DNA of 64,000 nt from Azolla caroliniana (GCA_043228905.1 JBHGNT010000013.1:2046001-2110000); one strand, 5' to 3'; positions 25,436-39,699 are shown, counted from the stretch's first letter. Notes: generated by a model from the sequence alone, not told the origin. Made by a program: numbers and translations.

Positions 25436-26332
25436 TTACGGTTTGGTAAGGTTAAGTTTTATGCATTTTAAGACATACTAGAACCTTGCTAATGATTAGA
25501 CAATGTAAGAAATAGTGAGTATTTCCTTCCGATTGAAATGTGCAAGAAAAGAATTTATTTGTCATTGCATATTTAGGATTGATACACAAGATAAACCCAA
25601 TCACTACTCTCCAAATAAATATATTTGCTTGAAATTCTAGAACTTACACTATAGGATATGCCCCCACCCACGGTGAGTTTTGATTACATGCCAAATTTCA
25701 TTCAACCTTGAAGTGATCCCATGGAGTAACAATGCCAAATAAATATTAGCGGTTACTTGAAAATTTGAGCTCTTCCTTGTAAACACCAATCTAAGCACGC
25801 TACGGTGTACTAGAAAAGTACTGTTTTTGGCCACAAAAATTGTAAGTACTTTCAATACTGTTAGTACTGAATAATTCAGAAAAAAAATTAGAGAAAAAGA
25901 AAATCGATTTTGGAGAGTGGGGTGACTGTAGTACAAGTGTCATTTACTGTAGAAGGAGTGGGGGGAACATGTGAGGAGATGTTCTTCCATTTTGGGGGCT
26001 ATTTTCCCCTCACGTCGATTTTGGCGCTTCCCCTCAGGTCGTTTTGGCGCTTCCCCTCATACTCCTCTTCCTCTATCCCTCTGAGCTTTTCATCACAGAC
26101 ATCCATGTCACGTTTCTGATTTTCCTTCAATCTAAATCTCAAACATCCATGTCTGGTTGGAGAGTTTGAGTTGAGGATTTCTGATTTTTATAGGGTTTTT
26201 GTTTTTGTTAGGGTTTAGGTTGAGGTACAGAGACTGTTCTGAGGGTTTAGGTAGCAGCCAATAGTGACTTCTTCGACAACGACTTTCTTACTTCCACCGA
26301 TTGCAGTTGATGTCGTGGTGATTTGGGGCTTT

Positions 26333-26580
26333 TTCCACCAAATCGAGGCGGCATTGGAGGTTCCTTCCACCAAATGGAGGCGGCATATCCAACGCTCCCT
26401 CCACCATTGGAGGTTCCTTCCACCAAATCGATGCGGCATATCCAACGCTCCCTCCACCATTGGAGGTTCCTTCCACCAAATCGAGGCTGCATATCCATGC
26501 TCCCTCCACCATTGGACGTTCCTTCCACCAAATGGAGGCGGCATATCCAACGCTCCCTCCACCATTGGAGGTTCCTTCCA
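26333..26580. repeat. 53-bp minisatellite, ~4.7 copies, upstream of the transposase
   Basis: CATTGGA(G/C)GTTCCTTCCA at 26352, 26405, 26458, 26510 and 26563. Confidence 0.93.
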
Positions 26581-26791
26581 TCCATTTTTTTATTTTCAGT
26601 ACTAAAATGTTTCATTTCTTCATATTTCAGTACTAAATTTTTAGAATTGACATTTGTCATATTTGATATGTAATTCGAATGTTTGAAACAAAATATTTCT
26701 CACTTTGCAGGCCACATTTAAAAACATTTTATTGTGTTTTCTTGGTTGAGTCTATATAACATCAACTACTTTAGCAAGACACTTAATTTTT

Positions 26792-29700
26792 GTGGATAAA
26801 TCTAGTGATCGAATGGGGGTTCCTAACGAGAGTGAGTTGTCAAGTAACTCATGCATATTTGAAAGGACTAAGAGACGAGTGGTTCTTCACATAGTCCATT
26901 ATTTGGTAGAAATAACGAAGAGATTTAGTGAAGAGGATCGTAGGGATATTATCTGTAGAGTGTTACACCATCAAAGTTTGAATGAAGACATGGAGAGAAT
27001 AAAATTTAGGGACCAATGTGTTTCAGAAGAGATTGTGGAGTCTATGAAGTCATCCCTAGACTTAGTGAAAGGTGTAGAGAGCTTAGACAAACTTGCTGCA
27101 AAGAGGGCAGCCCTACACATGGTTGTGAACGGTGCGAGAGAAAAAAAATATAGTGATACTAAAGTTGCCTTAGCCCTGGGTATTCAAAGAAGGAACTTGA
27201 GGAAACATCGCCGAAATATACACTCAAGCAAATTCAAGTGGCCGGGGTTGGGACATAGACGACGATGTGATGCCTTATCTCAAGAGATTATTGAGAAAGT
27301 GGATTCATTTTGGGCCAAAAATACGCGTGTCTCACCAAATAAGAAGGACGTGTGTAGACAACGAATAAGTCAGGGTAAGTACCAGATTCACCCTAGACAC
27401 TTCTTGGAGATGAGAGAGGTATTCCATTTTTTTATATCAATTCACATTCCATAACTTTGTGTTTTGACCAAGTGTATATTAATGTTTGCTATATATATTG
27501 GTTGATGTAGGCTGAATTGTACATGAACTTTAAAGACCAACATCCAAGCTTGACTGTTGGATTCCGCAAGTTCCAAGGTTTGAAACCATTTTATGCTAGA
27601 AAATTAAATGAGAGGAATACATGTTGTTGTGTGTACCATGTGAAGATGGAGATGTTAAGGCTAGCAGTGAATGCAATGCGTACTGATTCTAAGGGTATAC
27701 ACGGGGAATTATGTGTCTGCACTTGTGAGATTTGTAGACCAAATGGGGAGGATAATAGGTGTAATGCATGAAACATGACTTATGCATCCGTTTCTGAGCT
27801 ATGGAGGTCTTGTGTTTGTGAAAAAGAACCATCATGTGAGTGGCATCGTCGTACATGTCTATTAAGAACATGTAAGGTTTGTCCGCTACCATTATTTTGT
27901 AGGCAGGAGCTTGATTTGGGAAATAGTCATATCGTGAAATGGAAATATTTGGAGTATGTGACTGAAAATATTGGCAAGGGAGTTGTAACTAAGCGTATCA
28001 AGGAAGTATATAAGGAGACATGTGCTGCTACCCTTGTCTCAGAATTTAAGAAACAACTTGGGGAGTTCATTCCACATAACTTCCGTAGTTATTGGCAAAA
28101 TTCACAGTTCAAGGAATGTATTAATAATTTACCAACAGGTGTCATCGTATCCGTTATTGATTTTGTAGAAAACTATACATTTAAAGTTCAAAATGAGGTT
28201 CAATCAATGCATTGGTACAATTATCAATGTACAATACTTGTACATATTTGCTATTGGAGGCAAGACGGTGAGTTACATAAGAAATCAATATTTTACATTT
28301 CAGATGATAAAAAGCATGATACACTATTTGTTCAACATTGTTTTAAGCTTCACCATGCAGATTTATTTTCTCTAGGGTTAACCTTTAACCGTCATTGGGT
28401 TTGGTCTGATGGTGCTACCTCGCAGTTTAAGGCGGCACGATCGTTCTACTTTATCGCCAGGTAATTTTTAATCCATATGTTTAGTACTTATCATGCAATG
28501 TGGAAGGAAGTAATTCTTGTGTTAGTGGATGCATACTAATTATGTTTGTAACTATTAACAAACAGTACTATTCACATGGATGCATACTAATTATGTTTGT
28601 AACTATTCAAATCTTGCACTTGTGAATGGATGCATGCATACTAGTTTTGTTTGTACTATGTTGTGTGTTGTATCTGTACTAAATCAGTATTTACTGAAGG
28701 GTGTAAAGTACTCATATTGTACTCTATAGTATTGTCCGTCCTTAAGAGAATTGTACTAAGTAACTTTTAATCCATGTGAAGTGTTCTCCATAGACACATT
28801 GTACTATGTTGTGTTTACAGAAGGATGTAAAGTACTCATCTTGTACTCATAGTATTGTCCGTCCTTAAGAGAATTGTACTAATTATCTTTTTATCCATGT
28901 GAAGTGTTCTCCATAGACACATTGTACTATGTTTTGTGTTGTATCTGTACTATGTTGTGTGTATAGAAGGATGTAAAGTACTCATATTGTACTCAGAGTA
29001 TTGTCCGTGCTTAAGAGAATTGTAATAAGTATCGATTAATCCATGTGAAGGGTTCTCCATAGACACATTGTACTATGTTGTGTGTTGTATCTGTACTATG
29101 TTGTGTGTATAGAAGGATGTAAAGTACTCATATTGTACTCAGAGTATTGTCCGTGCTTAAGAGAATTGTAATAAGTATCGATTAATCCATGTGAAGGGTT
29201 CTCCATAGACACATTGTACTATGTTGTGTGTTGGTTCTGTACTATGTTGTGTTTACAAAAGGATGTAAAGTACTCATCTTGTACTTAGAGTATTGTCCGT
29301 CCTTAAGAGAATTGTACTAATTATGTTTTAATCCATGTGAAGGGTTCTCCATAGACACATTGTACTATGTTGTGTGTTGGTTCTGTACTATGTTGTGTTT
29401 ACAAAAGGATGTAAAGTACTCATCTTGTACTTAGAGTATTGTCCGTCCTTAAGAGAATTGTACTAATTATGTTTTAATCCATGTGAAGGGTTCTCCATAG
29501 ACACATTGTACTATGTTGTGTTTACAAAAGGATGTAAAGTGCTCATCTTGTACTTATAGTATTGTCCGTCCTGAAGAGAATTGTACTAATTATGTATTAA
29601 TCCATGTGAAGGGTTCTCCATAGACACATTGTACTATGTTGTGTGTTGTTTTTGTACTATGTTGTGTTTACAAAAGGATGTAAAGTACTCATCTTGTACT

Positions 29701-31431
29701 CATAGTATTGTCCGTCCTTAAGAGAATTGTACTAAGTATCGATTAATTCATGTGAAGGGTTCTCCATAGACACATTGTACTATGTTGTGTTTACAAAAGG
29801 ATGTAAAGTACTCATCTTGTACTTAGAGTATTGTCCGTCCTTAAGAAAATTGTACTAATTATGTTTTAATCCATGTGAAGGGTTCTCCATAGACACATTG
29901 TACTATGTTGTGTGTTGTATCTGTACTATGTTGTGTTTACAGTAGGATGTAAAGTACTCATCTTGTACTCATAGTATTGTCCGTCCTTTAGAGAATTGTA
30001 CTAAATCAGTATTTACTCATGTTGTACTCATAGTATTGTACTCATCTTGTACTCATCTTTTAAACACACTGTGTGGTACTGATTATCTATTAATCAATGT
30101 TCAACGTTCTCCATGAACACACTGTATTGTACTATGTGTTGTATCTATACTAAACCAGTGTTTATTGGGGGATGTAAAGTACATGTCTTGTAGTACTAAT
30201 GATCTTCTAAGGAGGGTTGTGTTCTCCGTGGACACATTGTACTATACTATCCGATATTGAACATTTTGTACTATTTATCTATTAATACATGTAGAGTGCT
30301 TTTCATGAACTCATTGTACTATACTTTGTGCTATATCCATACTAAGTTAGTATTAAATGGATGCCAGGTATTGTTGGTTGACAACATAGTACTATTTATC
30401 TTTTAATAAGTGTAGAGTGTTCTCAATGGATACGTTGTGATATGCTTTGTTTTGTATTCGTACTAAATCAGTATTAATGGAAGTGTAGTACTCTCAATTG
30501 ACAACATAGTACTAATTTTGTTGGAAACCTGAGATACCAAAGCAGGTATTTCTCCTTATTCAATATTCGTATGCAATGGAATTACTTCGGGTCTGGAAAT
30601 GGAAAAGGAGAGCATGATGGCGCGGGGGCTGTGATCAAACGTGCCCTTACAAGTGAGCAATTGGATAATAATGGTGCTAAGTTACAAAATGCACATGATG
30701 TTGTGCAGTGGCTAACATGGAAGATGTCAAATGATGGTAAGAACAGATTGTTTGTTGAAGTTCGCGTTGATGAGGTCAATAGAACTAAATCATATGGTTG
30801 TAAAACCGTGAAAGGCACACGCAACACCCATTGTGTGTTAGGGTTTAGCCGCAAGGACACAACACAATTGTTACTCCGTAGTTTATCATGCTTTTGTTCC
30901 ATGTGTCTAGATGAAGCTTGGGATAAATGCATCAAACTATCAATCGTGGAGCCCTGGAAGCTGTAGAAGCTTGAGCCTGAACGACAAGATGATATTGAAG
31001 AGGATGTGCATTCAAACGATATTGTATACTACAACCAAAATCAAGACTTGGCCGTTTTATTGGAAGTTGGAGATCATTTTGCAGTGCTCAAATCTCCTCA
31101 GAATGAAGATTTAAAAGACTACTACATTGTGGTGTGCAAGCAAGGAAAGACATTATTGAAAGAAGTGGTGAGGGATGGTTGGGGCAACAATTTCAACGTT
31201 GGTGAGTCTGTCGTGTATGGAAACTATTATGCAAAGTTGCCGCAGTGCAAGAACACATATGCATTACTAAAAGAAGCACCCATCGCAATAATCTACGTTG
31301 ATGCCATTCTTGCGATCAAATTCAATATGACTCAAGCAAAGCACAAGGTTAAGGGATACAACACTGTCTACAAGGTCCCCCAAGAGGTTCATGAGCACAT
31401 ATTAGGGGAGGTCTCTCTATTTAATGCTTGA
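26792..31431 (+). pseudogene. Sola2-type DDD transposase; 3 exons (~26792-27418, 27511-28460, 30546-31431), premature stops at 27769 and 30964
   Basis: GT-AG introns keep the frame (REAELY; IAR-YFSLFNIRMQWNYF). Motifs CCCVYH, Cys-rich zone, IDFVENY..QNEVQSMHW, ISDDKKHD, WSDGATSQFK, GNGKGEHDGAGAVIKR, SCFCSMC. Confidence 0.88.
28660..30010. repeat. Intronic satellite, 146/123-bp units, ~9-10 copies
   Basis: CCATAGACAC at 28788, 28911, 29057, 29203, 29349, 29495, 29618, 29764 and 29887. Confidence 0.95.
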
Positions 31432-31572
31432 AAGTCATCCTATCAATACATTGTACCAGAAAACTGACATCCACTTGGAGGTCACTATTAATTTTGATGA
31501 TTGACAAATGAATTGATATATTTCGTCTTTCTTCTAAAGTGTTTATGCCTCTCAACCACTTGTACTTATCTT

Positions 31573-32464
31573 TCATAATATATTAGTTGTTGTCAACAGG
31601 ACTTGGATTTCTTCATTGCCGATATTGCTCATGTTTCCTGATGTTATTTGATCATAGAAGTTTTGCAGAGCCATGTTAAAATGAGTAAAAATATTGTATA
31701 TCTTCTTGATAAAGTCTAGATTCATAAGAGTTGGTGTGTCCTCTGTTGGCACATAAATCTGCTCTTCTTTTGCTACCAAGAGAAGATTGTTAGTTGAATT
31801 CATTAAAGACTTTAATATTGTAAGATTTTCTACTGTAAGTTCATTCTTCAAATCGGGCGATGAATTCTGTGAAGACAACAAAGAAAATTATTCTCTCAGA
31901 ATCCTTTTTTTTTCATGATATGTCCTGTGAACCCATCTGAGTTTTAACTTCTTGTATATAAGTCCTGAATATCCAGGCTATGGATTTTAAAGTACAGACC
32001 TTCCTTTCCTTAACAAAATAATCCAACTCCTGAAACAATAATTTGTGATAGCTCAAAAAGGTAAGTGTTTCCTTACTACTGTTAGTGGATGGTTCATCCT
32101 TTGGGATGATATCATCAAAATATGGCCCACATTGCTTCAACCATTTGCACACATTCTAGTTACCCTCCAAATGGGATTGATGAAACAGTCTATACTTCAG
32201 TATATCTTCAATAACACCCGATATTTTCTGTTTCTCATCATCAACACCTGAAAACCTAAATTTTCCTAGCAAGCTAAGAAGACTTTCAAGAATTTTATCT
32301 ACAACAGACTGAAAGACTTTGCGAGGATTAGGAGATGATCTCAAAAAAGAAACAAAACGTTGTAAAATAAGAATACTTAGATCAAAAAGTATATTCCCAT
32401 TGTTTTTGATATATGTTGACGAGCAAAATACAGAAGCAATCCTTAAACATGAACTTGATTTCAC
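31573..32464 (-). pseudogene. URB2: Captured fragment of a plant URB2/Npa2-like ribosome biogenesis gene
   Basis: Collinear motifs FVSFLRSSPNPRKVFQSVVDKILESLLSLL, IEDILKYRLFHQSHLEG, SYHKLLF and EQIYVPTED resemble plant URB2 proteins (recognised from memory, not searched). Confidence 0.7.
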
Positions 32465-32825
32465 ACTGGTATAACTATTTCAGATTCATGAACTGAATTT
32501 TTGACATTGGCAATTGAAACAGTATTTTGGTATCCAAATAGTTCAATTTCAGACATCACTAACAACTAAAGTTCAAGTACAATCGAAAGACAATCAAGCA
32601 CTAGAGGGTAACTTGGCTGATCTTGTAATGCGCTTGTTGTTGGTGCCAGATTTTTCTGATTTTACATTCTTCTTTATCTTAAAGCCTTTAGGTATGAGCT
32701 GACTAAGTGGCACTTCATCATCAGAGGCATCAGAGACAGGCGTGGATGCGCGGGCACCTTGTACTGGTGGCAAACTTGAGAGAGCAACTGTGTTTTCTGC
32801 AACTACAATGCTTGTACACAAATCC

Positions 32826-35800
32826 TGTAAAAAATAGCGTGCGGAAGGAAGTATCAAGGCCGAACAGGAGGAAGAAAACTCAGGTTCAATGGAGAGCTTG
32901 AGCTTACGCGGTATACTCGGGAGAGACAGAGAGAGTGAGAGAGAGAGAGAGAAAACACACGAACTATATTCAACAACGACCCAATCTCTATTCACCACAC
33001 TGTATACATATGTGTGTTCAAAGAACACTTTTATACAAGTCCTAGAAGGACTGACGGAAGTACTGACAGTACTTCAATACTCATTAAGAGCTCCTACACT
33101 AACTCCCAAATATATTCCTCACGGAATATCTTTCCTAACGGCCTCCCGGTTTATGCACTCGGCCTAACCGATCAGTCCCAACCGATCCGGTCCTCAGCTT
33201 CTTCAGCTGATCCGGCCAATGTTGAGCTTGTCTCTCAACACTCCCCCTCAAGCTCAACTTGAGGCTCTTCGGGATCTTCGGGCTCACAACTCTGGTTCCT
33301 CCTGGCTTCACGCCTTGCTCGCACTCCACGGCCTGTTTGACTCCGAGCGCTTCCACCCTTCCGGTCGGCTTGTCTGCTCATGTGGCCCTTATCAGCTCTT
33401 CTGTTGTTGCGGTGTTGACGCTTCTCTTGCTGCCTTTTCTTCCGCTTGGGCCTCGGTTGATTCAGCGTATCTGAATCAAACATCCGAACTGACTTGGCTA
33501 CCTCCGATCGGTTTTCGCTCTCGTCCGAGTTGGTTTTCTCCAACTCGTCTTCGGTCTTCTCGCCCTCGGTGGCATCATCTTCCCCATGTGTGGTTGGCTT
33601 CGGCTCTCTCCTTCGGTTGCTCCCCTTCTGTCCGCTTCCGGACTTTTCCGTGGGTCCGCCCTCGGCTTCTTCAGCCGATCCGAAGTCCAACTTGACAACC
33701 GAGTCAACCGACTCGGTGTCGCGGTCTCTGCTCCTTTCCTGCTGCCTTGCTTGGTCGTTCGGAACTGTTCTCCCCCTCAAGTTTGGCACGTCGAGGTGAC
33801 GCAATCCGAGCGCACCTGAGAATTGCCGCAACTTGTCCAGACCAAGAGGCTTGGTGAAGATGTCGGTAGTCTGCCGATCCGTCGGAACATACTGAAGTTC
33901 GACTTCACCGGAAAGGACACACTCACGGATGAAATGGTAGTGCACCTCAATGTGCTTGGTCTGTGCGTGGAAAACGGGGTTTTTCGTGAGCTGGATGTTG
34001 CTGAGGTTGTCACAGTAGATCGTCGTTGGATCTGACACCTCCTCTTGTAGGTCCCTAAGCAGCCGCTTCAACCATATGGCTTCGCATGTCGCGACAACCG
34101 CTCCTTGGTACTCAGCTTCGGTGCTCGACAGTGCAACTGTCGGCTGCTTCTTACTGTATCACGTGATCGTGGCACTTCGGAGGGAGAACGCGTATCCGGA
34201 CGTGGATCGGCGATCGGTGGCGTTGCCAGCCCAATTAGCATCGGTGTAGCCGACTAACTGCGCAGCTGCACCGGTCCGATATAGCAGTCCCCGGTCCTTA
34301 GTGCCGTTGACATACCGAAGTATGCGTTGCGCACACTGGAGGTGCTCCTCGGTAGGTCGCACTATGAACTGACTGATCACTCCGACCGGATAACTGAGGT
34401 CGGGTCGGGTGATGGTCAAGTATATGAGGCTTCCGACAATTTGTTGGAACCTCGTCGGGTCGCATACCTTTCCCGTATCGGGACGAAGCTTGACAGTTCT
34501 GTCCAGAGGAGTCAAGACGGACTTACAGTCGGCCATCCCAAATTTGAAGAGCATACTCAGCATGTAATGACGTTGGCTGATCAATATGCCTTCGGGGGTA
34601 TGGATCACTTCGATCCCGAGGAAGTAATGAAGGTCCCCCAGATCCTTCATGTCGAACGATGCCGCAAGCTGGAGCTTCACACGGTCGATTTCACCTAGGT
34701 CGGCGCCGGTGATGACCAAGTCATCAACATATAGTAAAATACTAACTGGTCCGAGTCGACCTTTCCGGATGAACAGGGAAGAGTCCGATTTTGACGTGAC
34801 GAAGCCCATCCGACGCAGTTGTTGTGTGATCTTCTGGTTCCAGGCACGCGGAGCTTGCTTTAGTCCGTAAAGGGACTTCTTCAGTCGGCATATTGCCGAG
34901 GAGTTCGTTCCAGAGTGAAATCCGGGGGGTTGTACCATGTACACCTGTTCCTCAAGGTCACCTTGGAGGAACACATTCTTTACATCCATCTGATGTAAGT
35001 GCCACCCCTTCATCGCAGCTACTACGAGCAAAACACGGACGATCGTCATTTTCGCGACCGGCGCAAATGTCTCATCGTAGTCGATTCCGTGTTTCTGCGC
35101 GTAACCCTTTGCCACTAGCCGAGCCTTGTACCGGTTGACCGAGCCATCGGTGTTGTACTTGAACTTGTACACCCACCTACACCCGATCGGTTTTACCCCT
35201 GTTGGTGCGTCAACCAGGTCCCAGGTCTCGTTCTCCGCCAATGCGTGCATCTCTTCCTCCATCGCGGCACGCCAATTCGCGTCTTTAGCCGCTTCTGCGT
35301 AGCTCTCCGGCTCACGCACTTCCGCTACACGGGTCATGTACGCATAATGATGCGCCATGTACTCGTTGTATCCGAACCGCAAAACAGGATTCTTCTGGCG
35401 GGTAGATCGGCGTACTCTCACATTAGCCGATGTCGAGGCCTTCTCGGTCGACGCGGTCTTCATCTTTAAAGACCCGTCACCGGTTCCCTCGGAGTCGGAC
35501 TCACGTCGGTCTGACTTGTTCTTATCCGTGCCGGAATCCGACACCTTCTTCTTCCCTTTATCTTTGCGCGTAAGCCATCTCCTCGGCTTCCTGCGCGGGG
35601 AGTGCATGGCCGAGTCTCCACTACTCGTCGGCTCTTCATCGGACTGATCGTACCGACTCAGTCGTCCAATCAGTCCACTTAAGCGGAGTGAAATCGGACT
35701 CTCTTCGCAGGTCTCGATTTTGAGCTCATCCGGAGGCATCTCGGCCTCGCTGACCTCATCGTCAGAACACGGATTGGAGTCGGGGTTCGGAGTCGGGGGC

Positions 35801-38556
35801 TGGTACCAGGACGCGGACTCGTCAACCACAACGTCGCAGCTAACACGTGCTTGTTTGGTGCGAGGGTTATAACACTTATAACCCTTCTGCCCGTCCGTGT
35901 AACCGACCAAGATGCATTTCTCGGCCTTTGCGTCCAGCTTCCTCCTTTTCTCCTTCGGTACATGCACATACGCAATGCTACCGAACACCCTCAAGTGTCG
36001 CAAGTTCGGCTTTGTTCCGAAATATAGCTCGTGCGCCGACACTTTGTCTCCGATCCGGTTCTGGATGTATACCGCGGTCCTTACCGCCTCGGCCCAGTAG
36101 AACGTGGGCAAGCTCTTCTCCTCCAGCATTGCTCGTGCCGCTTCCACAACTGACCGATTCTTCCTCTCGGTCACGCCGTTCTGCTCCGGCGTGTATCTAC
36201 AACTGAATTCGCGGCGAATTCCCATTTGTTGTAGGTAACCGTTGAGTTGACTGGAAAAGTACTCTCTCCCGCCATCCGACCGCAGGCACTTGATCTTTCG
36301 TCCCGTTTCCGTTTCCACGAACCCTTTGAGGTCCTGGAAACAGTCGAAGACTTCGCTCTTCCTCTCAATGAGGTAGATCCATGTGTGCCGCGTGTGGTCT
36401 TCAATGAAGGAGACGAAATATCGACTCCCGCCAAGACTAACGTTTTGTGCCGGCCCCCATACATTGGAGTGTATAAGGTCGAGCTTGTTCTGGCTCCGGT
36501 TTCGCTCGTTGGGGAAGGGAAGTTGGTGTTGCTTCCCGAGCTGGCAGGCTTCACAAATTTGTGCCTATCGGCCACTAAATTTGGGCAATCCGAACACTAC
36601 CTGTTTCGTTTGCAGATCTTGAAGCCGCTGGTAGTTGACGTGGCCTATCCGCTTGTGCCGCAAGTCGATGTCCAACTCGGATTTTTGTCCCTTCGCAAAC
36701 ATTGCGGTGCCGCCGTCAGTGGAGTCGAGGATGAACATCCTCCCGTCTCTGCGCCCTTGCGAAATCACACGGCCTTCTTCCTCAATGAAGCACCCGAGGT
36801 GTGTAAACCGAACCTCCATCCCTTGGTCGATGATTTGTCCGACCGACACCAAGTTCTTCGTGATTGTCGGAATGTGCAACACGTTCATGAGTTTCCCTTT
36901 CTGCCCGACATGGCTAAGGGGAACATCTCCGACATTCACGATCGGATGCGGAGTGTCGTCTCTTGTTGCGACTACTCCAGGTTATATCGGTTTTTCAAGG
37001 TACGAGAACCACTCCTTATTGCTCGTCATGTGGTTTGACGCGCCAGAGTCTACGTACCACACCTCTCCGATCTCGGGGTGGTCTGTTTCATTGAGTTTGC
37101 TTCGTGTCTCGTCACGAAGGCACACCCTTCTCCGGCTCTCCCGGAGTCTTCAGCGTAGTGCGATCGCTGCCAATTTCCCTTGTTGGTATGTCCGGAGCCG
37201 TTTCCGGAACCGGTTCTCTCTGAATCGGCGCGCTTCTTCCAACACTCACTTTCCCTGTGGCCTTTCTTGCCACAGTACCAGCACTCCACGATGGCCTTCC
37301 CTTGCCGGTTCTCATCGCTTCGACTTCCCCTGTTTCCAGAGGGTCCGGAGTTGCTGTCGGCATCACTTCGGTGCCTTCTTCCTTGATCTCGTCGGCCGCC
37401 TCCATTGTGCGCCGACTTGCCTTGTCCTCCACGTCCACAGGGCCTAACTTCCTCCGTGTACAACATTCTGTTGTTGGTATGTGTGCTTGTAGATGCACTC
37501 GTGTGGTTCTCCTCTACCAGGAGCATTGACTGTAAATCGAAAAAGGATGGCGTATTCTCCCGGGTACACACAGCCGTTCGGAACGCTCCGAACTTTGACG
37601 CCAAACCTCCGAGACAGATCTGGACCATCTCGCTCTCCTCGATGTTCACCTCTATGGAGGCGAGGGAGTCGCAGATATCCTTGATCTTCGAGGTATAGTC
37701 CGCCACCGACAAGTCGCGTTGTCGTAGGTTGCTCAACTTCTGTCGAAGTTGAAGCTTCCTGGCTGTGGTGCTCGCAGCGAAAATCTTCTTCAGATTTTCC
37801 CACGCACCCTTCGGCGTCTTTGCATCCCGAATATAGCTCAATAGATGTTCGCCCACACACGACGCGAAGCAGTATAATACCCTGCTCGCCGATTGCTCCC
37901 ACGACGGGAAGTCTCTGTGTGTCGATTCGGGTGCCGTGTCATTAGCTCCTTCGACATAACTCCAGTAGCCGTGCCTGAGCAGGCACTGGTGCATCTTGTA
38001 GGACCAAGACGCGTAGTTGGTTCTGTCGAGCTTCTCTGTTGGAAGCGAGCTCGCCATGCCTCTATCCATTGTTCTTCTTGTTCTTCTTCGTCAAGCTGTG
38101 TCGGCTGCAGAGAGGTTCTCAACCCTCGCACTCTGATACCATGTAAAAAATAGCGTGCGAAAGGAAGTATGAAGGCCGAACAGGAAGAAGAAAAGTCAGG
38201 TTCAATGGAAAGCTTGAGCTTACGCAGTATACTCGGGAGAGACAGAGAGAGAGTGAGAGAGAGAGAGAAAACACACGAACTATATTCAACAACGACCCAA
38301 TCTCTATTCACCACACTCTATACATATGTGTGTTCAATGAACACTTTTATACAAGTCCTAGAAAGATTGGCCGAAGTACTGACAGTACTTCAATACTCAT
38401 TAAGAGCTCCTACACTAACTCCCAAATATATTCCTCACGGAATATCTTTCCTAACGGCCTCCCAGTTTACGCACTCGGCCTAACCGATCGGTCCCAACCA
38501 ATCTGGTCCTCAGCTTCTTCAGCTGATCCGGCCGATGTTGAGCTTGTCTCTCAACA
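32826..38556 (-). mobile_element. Full-length Ty1/copia element nested in the accessory gene
   Basis: 415-bp LTRs 32826-33240 and 38142-38556 (about 20 differences by eye), perfect TSD AATCC, PBS TGGTATCAGAG (iMet) 38131-38141, PPT GAGGGGGAG next to 33240. Confidence 0.98.
33235..38069 (-). pseudogene. Copia gag-pol with frameshifts and stops
   Basis: ORFs 37050-38069 (CWYCGKKGHRESEC), 36565-36939, 34159-36318 (LRSDGGREY, YGLKQAPRAW, LLYVDDL) and 33235-34071 (TKHIEVHYHF, DIFTKPL). Confidence 0.96.
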
Positions 38557-39699
38557 AATCCACAAAGGTGCTGTCGATAGACAAATTATCACTCATCTCC
38601 TGAATGCTTGTACTCCTAGCGATCTTTATTGCCCTATCATCATCACCGATGTCGATACACTCGTTCTTATTAGACTCCTGTATGTGGACCGTGGTAGTAG
38701 TCATGGTCAACTCCTCTTGTACGGTGGATGTCACCTCATTCTTAAGACAACGTGTACCTGCTTGGGTGGTCGTTATTGCTTGGTCCTCTTGGGTGATGCT
38801 AGTATGCTCGCTCTGAGTACAATCAGGCCCCCCTTCATTAGTAACGTTGTTTGCTCTACACTCCTCATGGGATTCAGTTTGCAAACAATGAACATTGGGG
38901 TTTAGGGCCACATTTTTACCTAATTTACATTGTCATACTGTACAGCCATAGATACCCCATTGCAAGTGGTGGGCTCGGTCATCTTCTCCACAACATCTAG
39001 GTGCTCAATAGTGTTGTTATGATCTATAATAGCAACAAAAATAGGGTTGTTATGAGCTAAATCATTGTTTTCAAAGTCTGGCTTTTGACGTGTAACTGGG
39101 AGTGTGATAAATTCGTCTTCACGATCAGGTTTTGGACTCGTATCTCCGTCACCAAATATCATTTTGTCATCAGCTACTAACACAAGTACATGGTATTAGA
39201 CAATGGATTAGGTTGACAATGCCCCGGACAGGTGAGAACTTATATGACTCACCATTGCATTCAACTTTGCCTTTCTTGCCATTTCCATACAACATTCTTG
39301 CAGCATTTCTCTTCTTACTGGGCTCTATTTGTAAAGAAACTGCATTTCTCTTCTTAGTGGGCTCTATTTCTTGATGTTGACCGGAGCTTGGGGAATTTGT
39401 TTGTAGAAGCATATGTTCCACTGCTCCAATGGCCCTTCTCATACATTCATCCTCATCATAAAAATCATAGGTTATTGGTAATGATGGTCCCTGAACCTTG
39501 GAATGTGTAGCAGATATTGAGGGTTTAGGCACAGGGGCTGGTTGTCCCATTACCTTCCCTGGCGTGGAGTTGCTTGACACTACAACATTCACTGCAAGAA
39601 ACAAAAAAACCTTGAATGTTAGTACCATCATCTAAAATATATAATGTAGGTCACAAGAGCTGCTTCCCATATTACACAATGTACCAATCATGAACGATG

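Noticed and set aside
26215-26673. Repetitive ORFs in several frames
   Set aside because: They derive from a 53-bp minisatellite whose period is not a multiple of 3.
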